Assembly (NCBI GenBank): GCA_046484805.1
Contig: JAWOIF010000185.1
Span: forward strand, 42-64,041
From: Bacteroidales bacterium
GTDB lineage: Bacteria; Bacteroidota; Bacteroidia; Bacteroidales; VadinHA17
Reading direction: 5' to 3'
Length of the DNA: 64,000 bases
Shown here: positions 28,439 to 37,884 of the stretch, in pieces
Layout: each line of letters opens with the position of its first letter
How positions within the stretch are numbered: position 1 is the stretch's first letter
Program-made: the position numbers and the translations under genes
The notes under the pieces: generated by a model
Databases searched by the model: none
The model's input: only the letters and a program-made list of their open reading frames with translations
What the model was told of the DNA's origin: nothing

Positions 28439-30589
28439 ATGAAAAGATTACTCAGTGTATTGATTATTATGGTTCTCAGCCTGGGCTATACGGCCAGAGC
28501 TGACGAAGGGATGTGGCTGCTGCCGCTTCTCGAGAAGCTTAATATGGGCAAGATGACCGAGCTCGGTCTTAAACTAAGCGCCGAAGATATTTTCAGTCTG
28601 AACCAGCCAAGCATTAAAGATGCAATTGTCATTTTCGGAGGAGGCTGCACCGGGGAGATCGTTTCCTCAAAAGGACTGCTGATGACCAACCACCATTGCG
28701 GGTACGGACAGATACAGTCTCACAGCACTGTTGAAAATGACTACCTCAAAAATGGCTTCTGGGCCATGACAATGGATGAAGAACTGCCCAATCCGAGACT
28801 ATCGGCAACCTTCCTTGTACGGATCGAAGATGTAACCGACAAGGTGCTGGCCAACGTAAGAGATGGCATGAGTGAAGCTGAAAGGTCAGCGGCAATCGCT
28901 GCAGCCGTTCAGCTGCTGACACGTGAGGCAGTTGCAGGAACCCACTACAGGGCAGGTATCTCCTCATTCTATGGCGGTAACGATTTTTACATGGCTGTTA
29001 CCGAAACCTTCACAGATGTGCGGCTCGTTGGTGCTCCCCCATCATATATAGGTAAGTACGGACATGACACCGATAACTGGGAGTGGCCGCGTCACACCGG
29101 TGACTTCAGCATATTCAGGGTATATACTGGTGCCGACGGCAAGCCTGCCCAATACTCGAAAGAAAATGTTCCCCTCAAACCGAAGCACTACCTGCCAGTT
29201 TCAATCGCAGGTGTAAAAGAAAATGACTTCGCAATGGTACTGGGTTACCCGGGTTCAACTACCAGGTATATGACATCGTTTGAAATTGACGAGGTTCTCT
29301 CCATAACCCATCCTAACAGGATCAAAATACGCGGTATCAGGCAGGAGATCCTGATGGCCGACATGATGGCCGATCAAAAGGTCAACATTCAGTATGCATC
29401 AAAATATTCAGGTTCGTCAAACTACTGGAAGAACTCAATAGGTATGAAGGCCGGTCTTGAAAGGCTCAATGTAAAGGGAGACAAGGAGCTGATCGAAAAG
29501 GAATTCAATGCCTGGGTCAATGCCAATCCCGCTAAAAAGCAGAAATATGGTGAGGCCCTTAACCTTATCAGGAATTCGGTTCAGGGAAGGGCTGAATTTC
29601 TGCACGCTGCACAATACTCTTCAGAAACTTTCCGCACCGGAAGCGAACTTATAAACTTTGCAGGTAATGCAGGCAGGCTGATAACTGCCCTGCAGTCAGG
29701 TGACAGTCAGAATATTGAAAAAACGATAGAGAGCTTCAGGGGAACAGCTGAAAATTTCTATAAAAATTACAATCCACCCACCGACCAGAAGTCGATCAAG
29801 GCAATGATAAAGCTTTACATGAGTGATGTGCCTGCTAAATATCACCCCGACTTCTTTTCGGTAATAAATGGAAAGTACAAGGGAAATGTTGACCGTTATG
29901 TAGATGATATGTTTGCCAAATCGGTTTTTGCCAGTGAAGAAAAACTCAACGCCTTCCTTGCAAAACCCTCTCTCAAGACACTTGAGAAAGACCCGGCTTA
30001 TCTTGCATCAGTATCAATCAACACCCTGAACACCGAACTCAGCAGGAATTCAAACCAGTTCGCCAGCGACCTCAATGTGGGCCGTCGCCTCTGGATTGCG
30101 GCACTGAAGGAGATGTCACCGGAAAGAACCCTTTATCCCGATGCTAATTTCAGCATGCGGCTGTCATATGGGTCGGTGCTCGACTATGAACCGCGCGATG
30201 CAGTAATCTACAAGCACTTCACCACTGAAAAGGGAGTTCTTGAAAAGTATAAGCCGGGAGACTATGAATTCGATCTGACACAGAAATTCATCGATCTGAT
30301 GGACAGTAAGAACTTTGGACGCTACGCTGCTCCTGAGGGGTACCTGCCAATCAACTTCTTGACAAATAACGACATAACCGGGGGTAATTCCGGTAGTCCG
30401 GTCATCAATGCCAACGGAGAACTGATAGGTCTGGCATTCGATGGTAACTGGGAGGCAATGAGTGGCGACGTTCAGTTCGAACCCGACCTTCAAAGATGTA
30501 TTAATGTTGACATACGCTACGTACTATGGGTAATCGATATCTATGCCGGTGCCAAACACCTGATAGAGGAGATGACCATCGTTAAATGA
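28439..30589 (+). CDS. S46-family dipeptidyl-peptidase (DPP7/DPP11-like)
   Basis: The signal peptide MKRLLSVLIIMVLSLGYTARA is followed by the hallmark DEGMW motif. The catalytic His lies in MTNHHCGY and the catalytic Ser in TGGNSGSPV. Confidence 0.9.
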   Translation: MKRLLSVLIIMVLSLGYTARADEGMWLLPLLEKLNMGKMTELGLKLSAEDIFSLNQPSIKDAIVIFGGGCTGEIVSSKGLLMTNHHCGYGQIQSHSTVENDYLKNGFWAMTMDEELPNPRLSATFLVRIEDVTDKVLANVRDGMSEAERSAAIAAAVQLLTREAVAGTHYRAGISSFYGGNDFYMAVTETFTDVRLVGAPPSYIGKYGHDTDNWEWPRHTGDFSIFRVYTGADGKPAQYSKENVPLKPKHYLPVSIAGVKENDFAMVLGYPGSTTRYMTSFEIDEVLSITHPNRIKIRGIRQEILMADMMADQKVNIQYASKYSGSSNYWKNSIGMKAGLERLNVKGDKELIEKEFNAWVNANPAKKQKYGEALNLIRNSVQGRAEFLHAAQYSSETFRTGSELINFAGNAGRLITALQSGDSQNIEKTIESFRGTAENFYKNYNPPTDQKSIKAMIKLYMSDVPAKYHPDFFSVINGKYKGNVDRYVDDMFAKSVFASEEKLNAFLAKPSLKTLEKDPAYLASVSINTLNTELSRNSNQFASDLNVGRRLWIAALKEMSPERTLYPDANFSMRLSYGSVLDYEPRDAVIYKHFTTEKGVLEKYKPGDYEFDLTQKFIDLMDSKNFGRYAAPEGYLPINFLTNNDITGGNSGSPVINANGELIGLAFDGNWEAMSGDVQFEPDLQRCINVDIRYVLWVIDIYAGAKHLIEEMTIVK

Positions 30590-30613
30590 TGTAATATATT
30601 TCAGAGGAAAGAA

Positions 30614-30641
30614 CCCTGCCGGTGAACGGCAGGGTTTTTTT
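30614..30641 (+). terminator. rho-independent terminator after the S46 peptidase gene
   Basis: The ccctgccg/cggcaggg stem has a 5-nt loop and is followed by TTTTTTT. Confidence 0.8.
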
Positions 30642-30694
30642 ATGACCGATAATGACTCTTCAATTTTTAATATCTTAGCGGCGGTTAAAAATCC

Positions 30695-30708
30695 GGGACT
30701 ATAGTCCC
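30695..30708. promoter_or_regulatory. perfect 14-bp palindrome GGGACTATAGTCCC upstream of rnhA
   Basis: The sequence is exactly self-complementary and lies 51 nt upstream of the rnhA ATG. It is a possible operator; its function is unknown. Confidence 0.3.
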
Positions 30709-30758
30709 TGCAATTGCCATCAGGCTGTTTCTTAACAATAGAGCTATAATACTGCCAA

Positions 30759-31247
30759 ATGCCAAATAAAATAGTAATTTATACCGACGGAGCAGCAAGA
30801 GGCAATCCGGGCCCCGGGGGATACGGCGTGGTACTCCGATCGGGTTCACACTACCTCGAAAAGTCGGGAGGTTTTGCCCTGACCACCAACAACCGGATGG
30901 AACTCCTTGCCGTCATTGTTGGCCTGGAATCACTGAAAATATCCGGGAGTACCGTAACTGTTTACACCGATTCGAAATACGTTGCCGATGCCGTCAATCT
31001 GGGATGGGTATTCAACTGGGAGGCAAAAGGGTTCAGGAAAAAGAAAAATCCTGATCTCTGGAAACGTTTTCTCGAAATATACAGAAAGCATAAGGTTAAG
31101 TTCGTATGGATAAAGGGGCACTCTGATATTCCTGAAAACGAGAAGTGCGACAGGCTCGCCGTCGAAGCATCAAAACTGCCTGGTTTGCCGCCTGATGAAG
31201 GATACGTTAACGACAGCGGCACATCCCTGTTCGATGCCGGAGAGTGA
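30759..31247 (+). CDS. rnhA: ribonuclease HI
   Basis: 162 aa with IYTDGAARGNPGPGGYG and the C-terminal HSDIPENEKCDRLA, typical of RNase H1. Confidence 0.92.
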   Translation: MPNKIVIYTDGAARGNPGPGGYGVVLRSGSHYLEKSGGFALTTNNRMELLAVIVGLESLKISGSTVTVYTDSKYVADAVNLGWVFNWEAKGFRKKKNPDLWKRFLEIYRKHKVKFVWIKGHSDIPENEKCDRLAVEASKLPGLPPDEGYVNDSGTSLFDAGE

Positions 31248-31302
31248 ATAATTTGCTTTTCTGCCATTATTGTCTCAAATTTGAAGTTGAAAAACCATAT
31301 AA

Positions 31303-31701
31303 ATGGAAAAACTGTTCATTCCCGGTAGCGACTTAAGTCCGGAAGTAATACTCGACCCGGCAACCTGGCGTCTTTCGGTGTCAGGCACTTCGGCCCCTGA
31401 AGATGTAAGAAGCCTCTACTATCCGGTAACCGAATGGGTCACTGAAATGGTTAACAAGCTCATTGACAATCCTGCTGCAGCAGATAAGTCAGGCGTGGTA
31501 ATGACTTTCGACCTGAAGTATTTTAACTCCTCCTCAGGTAAATTTTTCCATGATATCTTTGTCGAGCTCGCCAGACTCAGAAACGAAGGCTGCAGCCTTG
31601 AAGTAAGGTGGCTCTATGATGCCGATGATCAGGATATGCTAGAGGCCGGTCAGGATATGGCTGAACTGTCAAAACTCGAGTTCACTTATCTTCCAAAATA
31701 G
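31303..31701 (+). CDS. DUF1987 (SiaC-like) family protein
   Basis: 132 aa. The N-terminal pattern (IPGSDLSPEVILDPATWRLSVSGTSAPED...YYPV..W) and the size match DUF1987. Confidence 0.7.
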   Translation: MEKLFIPGSDLSPEVILDPATWRLSVSGTSAPEDVRSLYYPVTEWVTEMVNKLIDNPAAADKSGVVMTFDLKYFNSSSGKFFHDIFVELARLRNEGCSLEVRWLYDADDQDMLEAGQDMAELSKLEFTYLPK

Positions 31702-31709
31702 ACCATTTG

Positions 31710-32204
31710 ATGCGAGGCCAGCCGGAACTCTACACTTATCTCGACTCACTGGGCATCAAATACGAATATCACGAACATCCCCCCGTTCCTACAATAGAAG
31801 CTGCTCTCAGGCACTGGAAAGACCTCAACTCAGGGCGCTGCAAAAATATCTTTTTCAGGAACCATAAGGGTAACCGGCACTATCTTGTAATTCTTGAACA
31901 TCGACAGCAACTCAATATCCATGACCTGGAAAAAAGGCTTAAACAGGGCAAACTCACCTTCGCATCGGACGAACGGCTCAAAAAATGGATGGGCCTTGAC
32001 CCGGGATCAGTCTCTCCCTTTGGCCTGATAAACGATCACAACAAACATGTCTGGCTCTTTATTGATAAAAACCTTCTCGGCTTCGAAAGACTGGCTTTTC
32101 ATCCAAATCTGAATACAGCATCGCTCGTAATCTCCACAACCGACTTAATAAAGTTCCTCGATGCCCGTGGAAACGGCTATGAATTTCTCGAACTGTACGA
32201 CTGA
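31710..32204 (+). CDS. YbaK/ProX-type aminoacyl-tRNA editing domain protein
   Basis: About 164 aa with a prolyl-tRNA-synthetase-associated editing fold pattern (NIFFRN.KG..HYLV, PGSVSPFGL). The track ORF starts at the TTG at 31707. Confidence 0.78.
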   Translation: MRGQPELYTYLDSLGIKYEYHEHPPVPTIEAALRHWKDLNSGRCKNIFFRNHKGNRHYLVILEHRQQLNIHDLEKRLKQGKLTFASDERLKKWMGLDPGSVSPFGLINDHNKHVWLFIDKNLLGFERLAFHPNLNTASLVISTTDLIKFLDARGNGYEFLELYD

Positions 32205-32411
32205 AATTGCCTTGTACCGGCATTGATAAACCAAAAATAAAAGAGTCGATAGTCTTTAATTGTCTGATGTCGGACACGGCAAAAAAAATTTTTTGTTTTT
32301 TTAATGGCTCATTATCTGACTCTTACACCACCCGACAGAGCCTGCTTCTTTTTTCATGCTGCAACATTTTTGACAACGATGCGTCATTGGGGTGAAAAAT
32401 GAAAAACGACC

Positions 32412-35048
32412 ATGAAAAGAACTTTAACCCTTCTGATGATTACTGCACTGGTTATCTGCAATGCTTTCGGACAGGAAGCAGCAAAAAGGAAATACCGTGC
32501 GGAAAGGATTGAGCAACCGCCTGTAATTGACGGAATTCTCAATGATGAAACCTGGTTGACTGGTGAGTGGCAGGGAGATTTTACCCAGTTTGAACCCTAT
32601 GAGGGTCAGAAGCCGAGTCAGCCGACCGAATTCAAGATCCTTTATGACGACAGCTATATCTATGTTGCCATTAAGGCTTATGATTCAGCTCCTGACAGTA
32701 TCGTTGACAGGATGACAAGGCGAGACAATCTTGACGGGGACAATGTTGGAATTATTTTCGACAGCTATTATGACCTGCGAACCGGATTTGGTTTTTTTGT
32801 CAATTCTTCCGGCGTTAAAAGCGATATGATATTTATAAATGATGGTCAATCTGAAGACACCACATGGGATCCGATCTGGTTTGTAAAAACCGCCAGGGTC
32901 GCAGGCGGATGGGCGGCTGAGATGAAAATCCCGCTGACCCAGCTGCGGTTCCAGTCTGAATCATCAGAAGCATGGGGCCTCGAGGTTATAAGACAGATAT
33001 ATCGTCACAGGGAAATGAGTTTTTGGCAGCCGATACCCAGAAATGCCCCGGGATTAATACACATGATGGGGTTGCTGGAGGGTGTTGGGGCACTGAAGCC
33101 CAGAAAGCAGGCAGATATTACCCCCTATACAGTGGGCAGCTATGAAAGATATCAGGGAGAGCCGGGAAATCCTTTTGCAAAAGGGAGAGACTTCAGGTTC
33201 AATGCCGGGCTGGATGGCAAACTTGGGATAACCAACAATATTACTCTCGACTTTTCAATTCTGCCTGATTTCGGACAGGTTGAGGCGGACCCGTCACAAG
33301 TCAACCTTACAGCATTCGAAACATTCTTTCAGGAACGCAGACCATTCTTTATTGAAGGCAGGAACATTACCAGCTTCAGAGTAGGCATAGGCGATGGCGA
33401 TCTTGGAAACGACAATCTCTTTTATTCAAGAAGAATAGGAAGAAGACCTCAGCTGTACCCTTCAATGAATGAAGGAGAGTATGCCGACATGCCACGCCAG
33501 GCAAGGATACTGGGTGCAGTCAAAATAACCGGAAAAACCGCCGGAGGACTCTCAATCGGAATTGTGGAAGCAGTTACGGCAGAAGAAAAAGCAGAGATAG
33601 AATTCGATGGTGAAAGAAGATTCCAGACTGTCGAGCCTATGACAAATTATTTCGTTAGCAGGGTGCAAAAGGATTTCAACAAGGGGAACACAATGATTGG
33701 CGGAGTATTCACAAATACATGGAGAAATTTCGACGAGTCTGAAATTACAAGTATGCATAAAACTGCAAATACGGGAGGGATAGACTTTACACAATTCTTC
33801 AGGGATAAAAACTGGAAGTTGTCCGCCACTGCAGCTTTGAGCCAGGTTACCGGTCCGGAGCAGGCAATAGCAGCAACACAGAGATCTTCAACACACTACT
33901 ACCAGAGGCCTGATGCCGACCATGTAACATACGATCCGTCACGCACCAGCCTTGCAGGTCATGCAGGAAATATCCAGTTTGGAAAAGTCGGTGGCAACTG
34001 GAACTTCCTGTTCTTTACAATATGGAAATCTCCGGGATTCGAATCGAATGATCTTGGCTACTTGCGTAAAGCAGATGAAATAGGACAGCTATTCTGGTCA
34101 GGTTACTCAATAAACAAGCCATTTGGCATTTTCAATCGGGTAAGATTCAACACCAACCTCTATAATTTCTGGGATTTCGGAGGCACACGTACCGGAACGG
34201 GTGGTAACCTCAGCATCTATACCCAGTTTAAGAATATGTGGAGCACGAGCATCGGGTACAATATTAGCCTTAATAATCAGATCAGCAATACCCTCTTACG
34301 CGGCGGTTCCTCGATGAAAACTCCGGGTTACAACATGATATACTTTAACGTAAACACCGACTCGCGAAAGAAACTCACGGCATATACCAATGTAAATTTA
34401 AGGGCAGGCAACGAAGGTTATTCAGGATACCGGGGTATAAACGGGGGTATAACATACCGTCCGCTTAATACCCTGTCAGTTAGTGCGGCTCCGGGATATT
34501 CAGTATCAGAAACCCAGTTGCAATACGTTTCAAGGTTATCATATCAGGATGAGGACAAATACATCTTTGCGTCTCTTAAGCAGAAGGTATTGTCATTGTC
34601 GGTAAGGGTTAACTATACAATTACACCTGAACTATCAATACAATTCTGGGGACAGCCCTTTCTGGCGGCAGCAGATTTCAGCCAGTTCAAGATGATCACC
34701 GACCCGAAGGCTGACAAATACAGCGACAGGTTCCACATTTTTGATGATTCTCAGATAAACTATAATGCAGAAGAAAAGAGATATTATGTTGATGAGAACA
34801 CGAACGGAACCACGGACTACCAGTTCAATAATCCCGATTTCAATTCCGATGCCTTTTTGTCGAACCTGGTTGTCAGATGGGAATTCGCTCCCGGGTCAAC
34901 AGTGTTCCTGGTATGGTCACAGAGCAGGGATTATTTCATCAGGGAAGGTGCTTTTGATGTAATGAGTAATCTAAACGGCCTTTTCACAAATAAAAAGCCA
35001 TACGATGCATTTCTTATTAAATTCTCATACAGATTTGGGTTAAGGTAG
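32412..35048 (+). CDS. CBM9-like + DUF5916 outer-membrane-type protein, paralogue 1
   Basis: 878 aa with a signal peptide. The N-terminal CBM9-like segment contains PPVIDGILNDETW. A conserved block reads DFGQVEADPSQVNLTAFETFFQERRPFFIEG. The C-terminus, FLIKFSYRFGLR, resembles a beta-barrel end. Confidence 0.78.
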   Translation: MKRTLTLLMITALVICNAFGQEAAKRKYRAERIEQPPVIDGILNDETWLTGEWQGDFTQFEPYEGQKPSQPTEFKILYDDSYIYVAIKAYDSAPDSIVDRMTRRDNLDGDNVGIIFDSYYDLRTGFGFFVNSSGVKSDMIFINDGQSEDTTWDPIWFVKTARVAGGWAAEMKIPLTQLRFQSESSEAWGLEVIRQIYRHREMSFWQPIPRNAPGLIHMMGLLEGVGALKPRKQADITPYTVGSYERYQGEPGNPFAKGRDFRFNAGLDGKLGITNNITLDFSILPDFGQVEADPSQVNLTAFETFFQERRPFFIEGRNITSFRVGIGDGDLGNDNLFYSRRIGRRPQLYPSMNEGEYADMPRQARILGAVKITGKTAGGLSIGIVEAVTAEEKAEIEFDGERRFQTVEPMTNYFVSRVQKDFNKGNTMIGGVFTNTWRNFDESEITSMHKTANTGGIDFTQFFRDKNWKLSATAALSQVTGPEQAIAATQRSSTHYYQRPDADHVTYDPSRTSLAGHAGNIQFGKVGGNWNFLFFTIWKSPGFESNDLGYLRKADEIGQLFWSGYSINKPFGIFNRVRFNTNLYNFWDFGGTRTGTGGNLSIYTQFKNMWSTSIGYNISLNNQISNTLLRGGSSMKTPGYNMIYFNVNTDSRKKLTAYTNVNLRAGNEGYSGYRGINGGITYRPLNTLSVSAAPGYSVSETQLQYVSRLSYQDEDKYIFASLKQKVLSLSVRVNYTITPELSIQFWGQPFLAAADFSQFKMITDPKADKYSDRFHIFDDSQINYNAEEKRYYVDENTNGTTDYQFNNPDFNSDAFLSNLVVRWEFAPGSTVFLVWSQSRDYFIREGAFDVMSNLNGLFTNKKPYDAFLIKFSYRFGLR

Positions 35049-35073
35049 CCGCCTGACAGGGCGACTTGATTGC

Positions 35074-35112
35074 GGCGTAACGGCAAATTCTGCTGTTACG
35101 CCGTTTTTATTT
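35074..35112 (+). terminator. rho-independent terminator between the DUF5916 paralogues
   Basis: The ggcgtaac/gttacgcc stem is followed by gtttttatttt. Confidence 0.7.
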
Positions 35113-35250
35113 TGCGATCGTAATAATCTGTTTACATTTGCACTTCTTCAGAATATTCCCGTACTGACACAAAAAAACCACATTCTACTGCATCAAAACA
35201 TGGGTGTTATTCGTCTTTAATACAGTTATATCCTAACCAAAGCCTCGATA

Positions 35251-37881
35251 ATGAAAAGATTCCTCACTCTGATTGCAACGATAATTATCACATTATCAAA
35301 TCTTTTCGCTCAAAACACCGATAAAACCAGATACCAGACCACCCGAATCACCAATCCGCCCCATATTGACGGCATTCTTGATGATAAAGCCTGGGAAAAC
35401 GGGGAGTGGGCAGGGGACTTTTCCCAGTTCGAACCATATAATGGAAGGACGGCTTCGCAAAGAACAGAGTTCAAGATACTCTTTGACGAGAACAATATCT
35501 ACGTTGCCATCAGGGCTTTCGACACAGCCCCTGACAGTATCGTTAGAAGGCTCACCAGGCGTGATGAGGTCGACGGTGACCTGGTAGGTGTAGCATTTGA
35601 CAGCTATCACGATCTCCGGACTGGGTTTGTATTCGGAGTAAGTGCAGGTGGTGTCAAGTTCGACATGATGATGACTAATAACGGTCAGAATGAGGATGAT
35701 TCCTGGAATCCAAATTATTGGGCAAAAGCAACTGTGAATGAAGAAGGATGGGTGGCCGAGATGAAGATACCTTTCAGCCAGCTAAGGTTTGAGAAGAATT
35801 CTGACGATGTATGGGGATTTCAGGTTTACAGGCAACTCTACAGATACAATGAAATGAGTTTCTGGGAACATATCCCGCAAGATGCTCCCGGACTGATTCA
35901 TCTTTTCGGAGAAATAAGCGGATTTGAAAATATTAAACCCAGAAAGATATTTGACATAACACCCTATGGGGTAGCCTCACTTGACAATTATGAGGCACAA
36001 CCCGGAAATCCATTCGCAGCAGGCCGTGACTACAGGCTTAACGGAGGTCTTGATGCCAAGATAGGTGTAACAAACAATCTCACCCTCGACCTTACCATCA
36101 ATCCTGACTTCGGCCAGGTAGAAGCCGACCCCTCGGAGGTAAACCTCACAGCGTATGAGACCTACTTTGAGGAGAAACGACCATTCTTTGTGGAGGGGAA
36201 GAACATAACCGATTTCAATATAGGGTTGGGAGACGGCGGCATCGGTAACGACAATCTGTTCTACTCGAGACGAATAGGCCGGAGGCCTCAGGGTTATCCC
36301 TCATTGGGAGACAATCAGTTCGCCAACATTCCCAGAGCTGCTAAGATACTTACTGCAGCCAAACTTACGGGCAAAACAAAAAGCGGGCTGTCGTTAGGTT
36401 TTATTGAAACAGTTACTGCTGAAGAAAAGGCTGAGATCGATACGGAAGGGACCAGAACATTCGAGACCGTCGAACCTCTTACCAACTATTTTGTGGGGAG
36501 GGTTCAAAAAGACAATGATAACGGCAATACTATCATAGGTGGTATGTTCACATCTGTTAACAGGCAGCTCACCGACAACCTTGAAAATTCACTCCACAAA
36601 GCCGCATACTCGGGCGGCATAGACTTCACAAAATTCTTCAGGGAAAAGACCTGGATGTTCAATCTGAATGCATCGGTAAGTCATGTTGCCGGTTCAGAGC
36701 TGGCAATTGTCCGTACCCAGAGATCATCAGCCAGGTACTTCCAGAGACCTGATGCCACACACTTTGACCTTGACTCATCAAAGACTTCCCTGACCGGCAC
36801 TGGTGGAAGGATGCAGATAGTCAAGTCGGGAAACAGCCACTGGACGTTTATGGCGGCAATGGTATGGAAATCGCCTGAATTTGAAATAAACGACATCGGT
36901 TACATGCGTGAAGCAGATAATATAATACAGGTAGCATACATCGGTTACCGGCAATGGGAGCCAAAAGGTATCTACAGGAACTACAATATCAATTTGAACC
37001 AGTATTCAGCATGGACCCTTGGTGGTGAACATATGGTTGACGGCCTCAATATGAGCGGAAACATAACCTTTAAGAATTTCTGGTATGCCAACGCAGGAGG
37101 AGAGTTAAATTTCAACTCAAAATCCAACGCTATGCTGAGAGGCGGGCCAATGATGAATATGCCTGCCTCACTCAACTCCTGGTACAATGCGGGAACCGAC
37201 AGTCGCAAAAAGCTGGTATTCCGGGTCAGCGGAGGATTGAACAAGGGTTTCAGCGGCAGCTCTTCATCATCACGTATCGGCGCCGGCATGACATACAAGC
37301 CGGTTAATACCCTGGTTGTAAGTGTTAATCCCTCATATTCGGTTTCCAGTAACCAGTTACAATACATCGGCCGCAGATCGTTCGAAGACGAAAATCGTTA
37401 TCTCTTTGGATCAATTAAACAAAAGGTGCTTAGCGCCTCATTAAGGGTTAACTTCAACCTTACCCCCGAACTGACACTGCAGTACTGGGGCCAGCCTTTC
37501 ATGGCAACAGGCAGCTATGCAGACTTCAAGAAAATTACAAATCCTGTGGCAGGGCAGTATGATGACAGGTTTTCGGTATACCCTGAATCAGCAATTGAGC
37601 TGATCGACAATTCGTACTATGCCGTTGATGAGAATCTGAATGGCACGGCCGATTATTCTTTTGATAAGCCCGACTTCAACCTTCAGGAGTTTCTTTCGAA
37701 CCTTGTTATCAGATGGGAATACAATCCGGGCTCAACAATTTTTCTTGTCTGGAGTCAGACAAGGTCGAACTTTGATGATGAGGCCCTTTTCGATCCGCGG
37801 GAGAATATCGGCGACCTGTTTGGTGTAAAGCCCTACGATGTATTCCTGATTAAGTTCAGCTACCGGTTCGGAGTGAAGTAG
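35251..37881 (+). CDS. CBM9-like + DUF5916 outer-membrane-type protein, paralogue 2
   Basis: 876 aa, colinear with paralogue 1. Shared features are PPHIDGILDDKAW, DFGQVEADPSEVNLTAYETYFEEKRPFFVEG and the C-terminal FLIKFSYRFGVK. Confidence 0.78.
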   Translation: MKRFLTLIATIIITLSNLFAQNTDKTRYQTTRITNPPHIDGILDDKAWENGEWAGDFSQFEPYNGRTASQRTEFKILFDENNIYVAIRAFDTAPDSIVRRLTRRDEVDGDLVGVAFDSYHDLRTGFVFGVSAGGVKFDMMMTNNGQNEDDSWNPNYWAKATVNEEGWVAEMKIPFSQLRFEKNSDDVWGFQVYRQLYRYNEMSFWEHIPQDAPGLIHLFGEISGFENIKPRKIFDITPYGVASLDNYEAQPGNPFAAGRDYRLNGGLDAKIGVTNNLTLDLTINPDFGQVEADPSEVNLTAYETYFEEKRPFFVEGKNITDFNIGLGDGGIGNDNLFYSRRIGRRPQGYPSLGDNQFANIPRAAKILTAAKLTGKTKSGLSLGFIETVTAEEKAEIDTEGTRTFETVEPLTNYFVGRVQKDNDNGNTIIGGMFTSVNRQLTDNLENSLHKAAYSGGIDFTKFFREKTWMFNLNASVSHVAGSELAIVRTQRSSARYFQRPDATHFDLDSSKTSLTGTGGRMQIVKSGNSHWTFMAAMVWKSPEFEINDIGYMREADNIIQVAYIGYRQWEPKGIYRNYNINLNQYSAWTLGGEHMVDGLNMSGNITFKNFWYANAGGELNFNSKSNAMLRGGPMMNMPASLNSWYNAGTDSRKKLVFRVSGGLNKGFSGSSSSSRIGAGMTYKPVNTLVVSVNPSYSVSSNQLQYIGRRSFEDENRYLFGSIKQKVLSASLRVNFNLTPELTLQYWGQPFMATGSYADFKKITNPVAGQYDDRFSVYPESAIELIDNSYYAVDENLNGTADYSFDKPDFNLQEFLSNLVIRWEYNPGSTIFLVWSQTRSNFDDEALFDPRENIGDLFGVKPYDVFLIKFSYRFGVK

Positions 37882-37884
37882 CTG

